Below are positions 39,351 through 47,060 of a DNA stretch of 64,000 bases, piece after piece. The stretch is taken from positions 34,538-98,537 of the forward strand of contig CAIRUC010000057.1 of the NCBI GenBank assembly GCA_903881665.1, read 5' to 3'. The notes beneath the pieces are model-generated. The model was given only the letters and a program-made list of their open reading frames with translations, was not told the DNA's origin and searched no databases. The DNA comes from an uncultured Bacteroidota bacterium (lineage in GTDB: Bacteria > Bacteroidota > Bacteroidia > AKYH767-A > OLB10). How positions within the stretch are numbered: the stretch's first letter is position 1; each line of letters opens with the position of its first letter. Made by a program: the position numbers and the translations under genes.

Positions 39351-40868
39351 GTGGGATTTATGCAGGAACTGAAAACAAACAAAGACACCCTTCACAATAT
39401 CCACCAGTTGCCTAAAAACAAGCTGGTGCTCGATTTTGTATTATCGCGTCTTAGCGAAAACGGATCACCAGAACGGTATGACCTTATCGTGTCCCTTTTC
39501 GATATGTACCGCACTTCCACCGGTTTTAATCCGTTAGCATTGTCGAAAGGTCGTTTCAGAAGAATTAAAGCCATCGAATACAAGGCGATGATTAGCGAGA
39601 TCGAAAAAGATCTTGATTTGGTTATTCATTCCGATCAATATAAGCAGTTGGTCGCTAAACAAATGAACTGCAAGCCTTTGTTCGACGAATTCACAACTTT
39701 ATCGGAATCATTAGCGATGCATCCACCCTATTCAATGACCAATGAGGTGGAAGATTTTGAGAAAAAATTAAATCGCAATGAGGCCTACGAACTACTTTTA
39801 CATTTCTATCGTACCAACCAGCCGTTCTTTAACGACACAAGAAATGGCGATAATTTAGACGAATACCTAAGTCAATACGATGTGGCTTATGCACGCACGC
39901 ATCAGCTATATCGCCAATCTAGAGGTTCACTTGTCCTTATTAAACATGAAAAAGATGCCTTATTAGGGAAATTTAATTACCCAGCCATTCATGAATTATT
40001 TAATGAATTTGGCCAATTACTAACGTTGGAGACTAACCGATTTACAAAAAGTGAATTGGTAAGTAAAATTATTCGCTTAGGACTAATATTTCCTAACCCC
40101 GCTGTTACGTTGGTAAATTATATTGATTACGCTGCTGAAAATATGGATGCCATCATTGCGCAGTATCCAGACGCAGAGCAGCTCATTTGTAGCTTTGTTG
40201 CTTTATATTATCAAAATTCGGATATTGATTACCGTTATGAGTTATTACAACGTGCCGAATCATTAACAAAAGATAGCGGAAAGGAATCGGAAAGGTCCTT
40301 CATTAAAATTTACAAAGCACTTATTGCACTCGATAACAGAGATTACACAACAGCATTAAAAGCATTAAACGAAGCCGAGCATTTGGTATTTCGGTCGTCG
40401 TGGAAACAAGCGCTTGGAAGAAATGCATGGATTCAAATTTGTGAATGGAGAAGTTTGATTTTTGCGATTTTGATTTTAAGAGGAGAAGAACATTATTCTT
40501 CATTACTTTTTAATGATCTAGAAAAAGTAGTTAACGACTCTTCCATGCATCGTCACGATAGTGCTATTATTTCTCTGGAATTAAATGCACTTCGCTATTA
40601 TATTGATGGACGTCGCGAGCAGGCACTATCAAATTTCACAAAGGCGAACAATTACAGATGCGACGCAACTGATCATCCAAGATATTTATTAAATTCATAC
40701 TTTATTTCACTTTTGAAAAAAGGAGATAAAAAAAGCAAAAACAAAAATTATCAGGAAGCAATCAATAACTGCAAAGCTCCATTTTACCGATCAGCTTGTT
40801 TTGACTTAATCGACTTAGCTGAAAAACACTTTAAAAATAATGAAGAAGCTATTCTTAAAGAAGAATAG
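39351..40868 (+). CDS. Cytoplasmic all-helical hypothetical protein (505 aa), function unknown
   Basis: Long ORF with a GTG start at 39351 (alternative ATG 39360). TPR-like segment ERSFIKIYKALIALDNRDYTTALKALNEAEHL. No signal peptide, TM segment or catalytic motif recognised. Confidence 0.55.
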   Translation: MGFMQELKTNKDTLHNIHQLPKNKLVLDFVLSRLSENGSPERYDLIVSLFDMYRTSTGFNPLALSKGRFRRIKAIEYKAMISEIEKDLDLVIHSDQYKQLVAKQMNCKPLFDEFTTLSESLAMHPPYSMTNEVEDFEKKLNRNEAYELLLHFYRTNQPFFNDTRNGDNLDEYLSQYDVAYARTHQLYRQSRGSLVLIKHEKDALLGKFNYPAIHELFNEFGQLLTLETNRFTKSELVSKIIRLGLIFPNPAVTLVNYIDYAAENMDAIIAQYPDAEQLICSFVALYYQNSDIDYRYELLQRAESLTKDSGKESERSFIKIYKALIALDNRDYTTALKALNEAEHLVFRSSWKQALGRNAWIQICEWRSLIFAILILRGEEHYSSLLFNDLEKVVNDSSMHRHDSAIISLELNALRYYIDGRREQALSNFTKANNYRCDATDHPRYLLNSYFISLLKKGDKKSKNKNYQEAINNCKAPFYRSACFDLIDLAEKHFKNNEEAILKEE

Positions 40869-40930
40869 TCACAATTACTGATTCTATAAACTATAGAACA
40901 TTTCAACTGTTACATTTTAAAATCCTAACC

Positions 40931-41896
40931 ATGAAAGTCATTTATAATACGTTGTTCATTTTTGCGCTATTTCTATTCGGCGCATGCAGTTCGAATTCGG
41001 ATAAAAAAGAAATTCCTTCTATCGGCTTTATCGATTTTGTTGAAGATGCTACTCTAGCACAAGCAAAAAAAGGCTTTATTGATGCATTGGCTGCAAACGG
41101 TTTTTCAGATCAGAAAAGTACACTGAAAATAAATTATAAAAACGCACAAGGCGATCAGCCGACCTTATTACAAGCCATCGACTTAATGGTTTCTAAAAAA
41201 CCTGATTTGATTGCCAGCAATACTACATTAGCCACTATTAATGCCGTACAGCGTTCCAAAGGAATTCCTGTTTTTATGATGGTTGCTCCTCGACCTGATA
41301 TCGCTGGATTAACAGATAAATCAGGCAATGCTCCTGCTAATCTATTTGGAACTTTTGAAACGCTAGACTATATCGATACATCGGCAGCATTGGTAAACGC
41401 ATTATTCCCCTCTGCAAAAACAGTAGGAACTATTTATAGTCAGTCGGAATTACAATCAGTTGATGCATTAAATCGTTTAAAAAAAGTTTGCGCGCTTAAA
41501 GGAATTGAAGTAATTGCTATTCCTGTTACCAACTCATCTGAAACACAACTTATCACTCAATCACTTCTGAATAAAAATATTGATGTGTTTTTTGCGTTAC
41601 CAGACAATGTTATTTTCTCAAGCTTTGAAACAATAGTTAAAAGTTGTAATGATAAACATATTCCTATTTTAACATCTGAAGCAGGACTTGTTTCAAGAGG
41701 TGCTTTGGCAAGTTTCGGTGCCGACATGTATCAATGGGGATATCAATCGGGATTGCAAGCTGCAACTTACTTAAAAGACAAAAACAATAAAACCCTTAAA
41801 CCCGAAATTGTAAATGTCAGATTGAAAGTAATGAATACAAGCGTGGCGCATAATTTCAATATTCAACCTGATTCGTCTTTCACAACCGTTCAATAA
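40931..41896 (+). CDS. ABC transporter substrate-binding lipoprotein (ABC_sub_bind / COG2984-like)
   Basis: Lipoprotein signal ...LFLFGAC. Periplasmic-binding-fold pattern. First gene of a three-gene ABC operon with overlapping stop/start junctions. Confidence 0.7.
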   Translation: MKVIYNTLFIFALFLFGACSSNSDKKEIPSIGFIDFVEDATLAQAKKGFIDALAANGFSDQKSTLKINYKNAQGDQPTLLQAIDLMVSKKPDLIASNTTLATINAVQRSKGIPVFMMVAPRPDIAGLTDKSGNAPANLFGTFETLDYIDTSAALVNALFPSAKTVGTIYSQSELQSVDALNRLKKVCALKGIEVIAIPVTNSSETQLITQSLLNKNIDVFFALPDNVIFSSFETIVKSCNDKHIPILTSEAGLVSRGALASFGADMYQWGYQSGLQAATYLKDKNNKTLKPEIVNVRLKVMNTSVAHNFNIQPDSSFTTVQ

Positions 41897-42756
41897 TGGA
41901 ATTTTATCTCACAGCAATTCATCAAGGACTTGCATTTGCTGCATTGGGCTTGGGAATTTTTTTGAGTCTTCGAATTTTAAATATTCCTGATATAACTACC
42001 GACGGAAGTTATACATCGGGAGGAATTATTACCGCTTGGATGTTGGTGAATGGATGGTCTCCTATGATAGCAGTTTTTTCTTCTATGTTAGTAGGAGCAA
42101 CAGCAGGAATTATTACAGGAACAATTCATACTCAATTGAAAATTCATCCTTTGCTCGCAGGTATAATCGTAATGACCGGATTATACTCTGTTAATCTAGC
42201 AATATTGGGGAAACCTAATCAACCACTCATCAACATCGATAATTTATTGATGAGTTCTAGTGATAATTCAGACCATAGCACATTTATTCTAATCGCATTT
42301 TCAATTGCACTTATTTTGTTAATAAATTTATTTCTGAAAAGTGATATGGGCATTGCACTAAGAGCAACAGGCAACAGTGAGGCCATGGTGAAAGCAATGG
42401 GAGTAAATCCAGATCGAATGAAAATTATCGGATTAGGAATTTCAAATTCGTTAACTGCATTAAGCGGATCGCTTATTGTTCAATACCAAGGATTCGGCGA
42501 TATCAATATGGGTATTGGAATTGTAATATCAGGTTTAGGTGCCGTAATGATTGGAGATGTTGTATTAAGGAATGCTTCCTCCCGTAAAATTTATTTACAG
42601 CTTATTGCAGTTGTCGTAGGATGTATTTTATTCCGAATAATTTTAGCCACAGCCTTAAATATCGGCATGGATCCTAATTATTTAAAATTGATTACAGCCT
42701 TATTGGTTTTATCAATTATTGCATTCGGAAAAATTAAATTATCGTCGAAGGTATGA
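41896..42756 (+). CDS. ABC transporter permease (COG4120-like)
   Basis: 286 aa with about 8 TM segments. Start overlaps the upstream stop (ATGA-type junction). Confidence 0.75.
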   Translation: MEFYLTAIHQGLAFAALGLGIFLSLRILNIPDITTDGSYTSGGIITAWMLVNGWSPMIAVFSSMLVGATAGIITGTIHTQLKIHPLLAGIIVMTGLYSVNLAILGKPNQPLINIDNLLMSSSDNSDHSTFILIAFSIALILLINLFLKSDMGIALRATGNSEAMVKAMGVNPDRMKIIGLGISNSLTALSGSLIVQYQGFGDINMGIGIVISGLGAVMIGDVVLRNASSRKIYLQLIAVVVGCILFRIILATALNIGMDPNYLKLITALLVLSIIAFGKIKLSSKV

Positions 42757-43505
42757 TTGAATTAAAAAACATATCGAAGACCTTCAACAAAGGCTCAGTT
42801 GATGAAATGTTTGCGTTGAAAAACATCAACCTTACGATTCGTGAAGGAGAATTTATTACGGTGGTTGGATTTAACGGTTCAGGTAAATCTACTTTACTGA
42901 ATATAATAGCAGGAAATTTAATTCCTGATAGCGGAGAAGTTTTTATTGATCAATTTGATGTTACTATACTTCAAGAATATAAACGCAGTAAATATATTAG
43001 TCGTATTTTTCAAAATCCATTAGCAGGCACTGCATCTGAATTATCGATTCTCGAAAACTTCAGACTTGCATCATTGAGAACGCAATCAAAATTACTTTCA
43101 ATTGGTAATAATAGTTCGTTTAGAAAAATTGTTTGCGATAAATTAAAAACACTAAACATGGGCCTCGAAAACAAACCTGATTCGTTGATGGGTAGTTTAT
43201 CGGGAGGGCAACGCCAAGCACTTACATTATTAATGGCGGTGATGGATAACTCCAAAATTCTTTTAATGGACGAACCAAGTGCCGCACTCGATCCTAAAGC
43301 GGCGCTGCTTATTATGGAATTAGCAGAAAAAATTGTGCGTGAAGAAAAACTTACTGCATTAATGGTTACGCACCGAATGAAAGATGCTTTAAACTATGGG
43401 AACCGATTACTTATGATGAAAGAAGGGACTATTGAAAATGATTATACAGGTGCTGAAAAAGGCAAAATAAATAGTGAAGATTTAATAAGCTGGTTTAACA
43501 GCTAG
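42753..43505 (+). CDS. ABC transporter ATP-binding protein (COG1101-like)
   Basis: Walker A GFNGSGKST, signature LSGGQRQ, Walker B LLMDEPSAALD, H-loop VTHRM. 4-nt overlap with the permease gene. Confidence 0.85.
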   Translation: MIELKNISKTFNKGSVDEMFALKNINLTIREGEFITVVGFNGSGKSTLLNIIAGNLIPDSGEVFIDQFDVTILQEYKRSKYISRIFQNPLAGTASELSILENFRLASLRTQSKLLSIGNNSSFRKIVCDKLKTLNMGLENKPDSLMGSLSGGQRQALTLLMAVMDNSKILLMDEPSAALDPKAALLIMELAEKIVREEKLTALMVTHRMKDALNYGNRLLMMKEGTIENDYTGAEKGKINSEDLISWFNS

Positions 43506-43604
43506 ATCTATATAATCAAAAATTATTCTGATTATTCTAATTCAAAAAGGCTATATCCCTTTATTTAATTTTACGTATTTTAATGCTAATAAAATCCTAT
43601 TGCC

Positions 43605-45302
43605 GTGTACTCTAAAAATTTATCATTCCTCTTTTTAATACTCTTTTTCACTATTCGGGGAAATGCTCAGCGATTCCCTGATGCTAGCGTTGAAGCGCCA
43701 AAGGAATGGAGTGGAAAAGTATTTGAACTAAGTCAAGATTATCCTGTTTCCGTTGTTCCCGAAAAAAATGTACCCTGGTTAAAATATGATTTCAAAACAC
43801 AGCCCACCGAATATCTTATGGCGGTGTACAACTATATATTAGAAGGAAATATTGAAGCAGAGTGGATTGTACAAAACAACAAAGTTCGTAAATGGTATCA
43901 TGCACCGTGGATGCATTATCGCTTATCGGGTGGCGTTGATATGGGCCGCGAACCATTAAACGGAATTACACGTGAAAGAGACTCACACCCTTATGAATTA
44001 AGTTCAACACAAGAGACGGTTTACCAAAATTGGGCAGTTGGTTTTTATAACCCTGAAGGAGGATATACAGTAGGAAAAGTTTGGAAAGATCACAACAAAC
44101 CAGATCCAAGCAAAGCTATTTTTCCTGAAGGAACTATTTCCGCTAAAATAATTTATACCGAAGCTGATTCTAACGAAGTACCTTATCTCGCAGGTGCTCC
44201 TTCAACTACAGCATACGTTTATCGCAAGCCATGGGATAGCAGCAAACGAGAATTAAAAACTTTGCATCTACTTCAAATTGATTTTTCTGTAAAAGATTCA
44301 AGAGCAAAATCAACCACAGGTTGGATAATGGGAAACTTGGTTTATCATGCCGATGTTATAAATGAAAATCCGTGGTTGCGCGTTATGCCAGTAGGATTAT
44401 CATGGGGAAATGATATTGGCATTACACCTGAAAATGTAAAAGGCCATCCATTAACTCAAACGTATATCAATCCGAAAATTCGGCCGATTGCACATTTAGG
44501 CTGGGCAGGACGATTAAATGGAATGATTGACAATCCCCAATCGTCGTGTATTTCTTGTCATGGCACAGCTACTTTCCCTGCCATTATGGAAGGAGCCCCG
44601 CCCGACAATAAGACATCAAAAGAAAGATTAAGCTGGTTTAATGTAAATGCTAATGTAAATTCAGCATATTTACCTGGAACCACTTCTCTTGATTACTCAT
44701 TACAATTGGCCATTGGCATTGAAAATTTTTATAGTTGGAAAATCTTTAATGAGAAAAGAACTGTAACACAAAAAATTATTGATCGATTAGCATCATGGAA
44801 ATATCCTGATGTGTTTTTCTCAACGTTACTAATAATTCTAGTGTTTTTAATATTACTTTGGAAAAAACCAAAATGGTTATTTTCATTTAAAGAAACGACA
44901 GAAAACAAAGCACTATTGTTTATCAGAATTCTTTTTGGAATTATAATGATCGTACATGGGATTCCCGAAATAATAGGTGGATTATCTAGTTGGTTATCGC
45001 TAGGACAAACATTAGCAAACTTTGGGATTTATTCACACCCAATTGCCTGGGGCTACTTTGCAGCTGCTACAGAGACATTAGGCGGATTACTATTGCTAAT
45101 GGGCTTATTATCGCGTCCAGTTGCATGTATGCTCTGTTTTAATATGCTAGTGGCAACTTCTAAGCACTTATTTTTAGGTCAAGGCATCGATTCGGCTATA
45201 CATCCACTATCTTTGTTGGCTATATTTATTTTTTTAGCGATTAGTGGTCCAGGAAAATATAGTGTAGATTATAAATTATCGTTAAAAAACAACAACAGTT
45301 AA
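43605..45302 (+). CDS. Fusion protein: signal peptide + ~380-aa exported domain with a single CxxCH heme-c motif + TM + DoxX-family membrane domain
   Basis: GTG start. Signal peptide MYSKNLSFLFLILFFTIRGNAQ. CISCH at aa 315-319 (nt 44547-44561). TM at aa ~403-419. DoxX-like four-helix region at aa ~433-556 (LLFIRILFGIIMIVHG..., ETLGGLLLLMGLLSRP). Confidence 0.7.
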   Translation: MYSKNLSFLFLILFFTIRGNAQRFPDASVEAPKEWSGKVFELSQDYPVSVVPEKNVPWLKYDFKTQPTEYLMAVYNYILEGNIEAEWIVQNNKVRKWYHAPWMHYRLSGGVDMGREPLNGITRERDSHPYELSSTQETVYQNWAVGFYNPEGGYTVGKVWKDHNKPDPSKAIFPEGTISAKIIYTEADSNEVPYLAGAPSTTAYVYRKPWDSSKRELKTLHLLQIDFSVKDSRAKSTTGWIMGNLVYHADVINENPWLRVMPVGLSWGNDIGITPENVKGHPLTQTYINPKIRPIAHLGWAGRLNGMIDNPQSSCISCHGTATFPAIMEGAPPDNKTSKERLSWFNVNANVNSAYLPGTTSLDYSLQLAIGIENFYSWKIFNEKRTVTQKIIDRLASWKYPDVFFSTLLIILVFLILLWKKPKWLFSFKETTENKALLFIRILFGIIMIVHGIPEIIGGLSSWLSLGQTLANFGIYSHPIAWGYFAAATETLGGLLLLMGLLSRPVACMLCFNMLVATSKHLFLGQGIDSAIHPLSLLAIFIFLAISGPGKYSVDYKLSLKNNNS

Positions 45303-45308
45303 TTATAT

Positions 45309-46631
45309 ATGCAGGACTTACTTTTAGCAGTATCAATACTTAAAGCATTTAGAGAACGTGATTCTTATATGATAGAATCACCATCGGATCTTGAAGTATT
45401 ATACTATAGTAGCCCAACATTTCTTGAACAATTAGAAGAATCTTTCGAAAATGGTTCTTACAAAACAAAGCCTTCTTACTTAATTGAAGTTCCCAAAGAA
45501 AAAGGAATGTTTCGTTATTTTTCGGCACTGCATATTGAAGATCAACTTTATTATTGCTGGTTAACTATCAAATGTTTTCCTTACATTATAAAAAAGATTA
45601 AACCAGAAGTTGTTTCACCAAAGTCGTTATTAGAAGAATACCCCGTTGAAGTTAATTGGAAGGTAAAATTGTTCCGAAATAATTTAGAGGAACAGCGTTT
45701 TATTTACCAAAATTTAAAACCAGAACATCAATATATTTTTCGTTCAGACATTACCAACTTCTATACTAGTATAGATCATTCTATATTAGAGAAAGAATTG
45801 ATAGCTTCTGGTGTCCCTTTTTTGCATGCCACATCACTTTGCACCGCAATGTCGTCGTGGTCAGCATTAATTGGAAGAGGATTACCTCAGATCTTCTGGG
45901 CTAGTGATATCTTGGCCGAATTTTATTTATTTCCATTCGATAATTTTTTAAGACATGGCAATTATTCTTTCTCTCGCTACATCGACAATATTGAAATCTT
46001 TTGTCATTCTAAAACAGAAGCTCGTCAAGCATACTTCGATGTTGTTGGGTTCATTTCTAAAAGAGGAATGTATCTAAAGGAAGAAAAAACAAAATTTCTT
46101 TCTGCTCAGCCTATTAAAAATGAATTAGCGGGAAAGAAATCTTTAAAGGATAAAATTAAAACTACAATCAAGGAACTACCGAAAGGTATATCTAAATATT
46201 ACTATTCTATTGAGGAGGCTTTAGGAATGGTAAATTGCGAAGAGCGCTTGCTGTCTCGTCCTGATGCTACTACTGGCTTCTTAATGCATTATAGGAATAA
46301 CGAAATAAATATCGACAAATCGTTAGCTAATTTTCTTATTTCCCCTAACATTGAATTTAGTTATCAATTGTATTGTGTGCTTCAGTTTATGATTGACTAC
46401 CCAATGCCGTCTTCAAAAACAATAACCGATTCAATAAAAACTTTATTCAACAACCAAACGCAACCGCTTTTTATCCGTTGTTGTGCTGCTCGAATATTGT
46501 TACGCGAAAACAAAAGCAATTCAGAATTGCTAAAAGGTGTAATGTACGCGAGCAATGATGTCGAATTTAAAAATGAAATGCGAGTAATCCTCGAAAGAGA
46601 ACTACCCGCATCACGTATCTTTAATCCTTAA
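45309..46631 (+). CDS. Stand-alone reverse-transcriptase-like protein (UG/Abi-like) with YIDN in place of YxDD and a helical-repeat C-terminal domain
   Basis: RT motifs occur in canonical order. Motif 1/2 is LIEVPKEKGMFRYFSALHIEDQLYYCW. Motif A is YIFRSDITNFYTSIDH (D147). Motif B is RGLPQIFWASDILAEFYLFPFD. Motif C is FSRYIDNIEIF (Y224-I-D-N227, nt 45978-45989). Motif D is RGMYLKEEKTKF. The C-terminal ~150 aa look helical and HEAT-like. Confidence 0.8.
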   Translation: MQDLLLAVSILKAFRERDSYMIESPSDLEVLYYSSPTFLEQLEESFENGSYKTKPSYLIEVPKEKGMFRYFSALHIEDQLYYCWLTIKCFPYIIKKIKPEVVSPKSLLEEYPVEVNWKVKLFRNNLEEQRFIYQNLKPEHQYIFRSDITNFYTSIDHSILEKELIASGVPFLHATSLCTAMSSWSALIGRGLPQIFWASDILAEFYLFPFDNFLRHGNYSFSRYIDNIEIFCHSKTEARQAYFDVVGFISKRGMYLKEEKTKFLSAQPIKNELAGKKSLKDKIKTTIKELPKGISKYYYSIEEALGMVNCEERLLSRPDATTGFLMHYRNNEINIDKSLANFLISPNIEFSYQLYCVLQFMIDYPMPSSKTITDSIKTLFNNQTQPLFIRCCAARILLRENKSNSELLKGVMYASNDVEFKNEMRVILERELPASRIFNP

Positions 46632-47056
46632 TCCCCTATCGTAGCAATTACTTTTAATTCAATTGCAATAGGAGTCGGTAAACAATTTATTTCAATAGTA
46701 GTTCTGCAAGGTTGATTATCTTTAAAATATTCGGCGTACAAACGATTATAAGTTTTGAAATCGTCTTTCATATTGGTTAAAAACACCGTTACATCAACAA
46801 TTTTACCCCAACTACTACCGGCATCTTCTAGAATATAGCGGATGTTTCTGAAAACAGAGTGGCATTGCATTTCAATATCGTACGATACAATATTTCCATT
46901 CTCATCTAATTCAACTCCTGGGATTTTTTTGCTTCCTTTTTCTCTCGGACCAACACCTGATAAGAACAATAAATTTCCTACTCTTCGCGCATGCGGATAT
47001 AAGCCTACCGGCTCAGGCGCTTTCGATGAATTGATTAACTCGTTTGAATCAGCCAT
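46628..47056 (-). CDS. ridA: RidA/YjgF-family reactive-intermediate deaminase
   Basis: 142 aa. APEPVGLYPHARRVGNLLFLSG and the C-terminal RTTIE...LP..IAIE...IA block are typical RidA. Its stop codon overlaps the RT stop codon. Confidence 0.8.
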   Translation of the reverse strand: MADSNELINSSKAPEPVGLYPHARRVGNLLFLSGVGPREKGSKKIPGVELDENGNIVSYDIEMQCHSVFRNIRYILEDAGSSWGKIVDVTVFLTNMKDDFKTYNRLYAEYFKDNQPCRTTIEINCLPTPIAIELKVIATIGD

Positions 47057-47060
47057 ATGT

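Noticed and set aside
45309-46631. The RT as a group II intron maturase, a retron RT or a DGR RT.
   Set aside because: There is no X/maturase or endonuclease domain and no flanking intron RNA. There is no upstream non-coding msr/msd region, and the motif-B SQ hallmark of DGR RTs is missing. With 6 nt upstream and an overlapping stop downstream, there is no space for a TR/VR pair.
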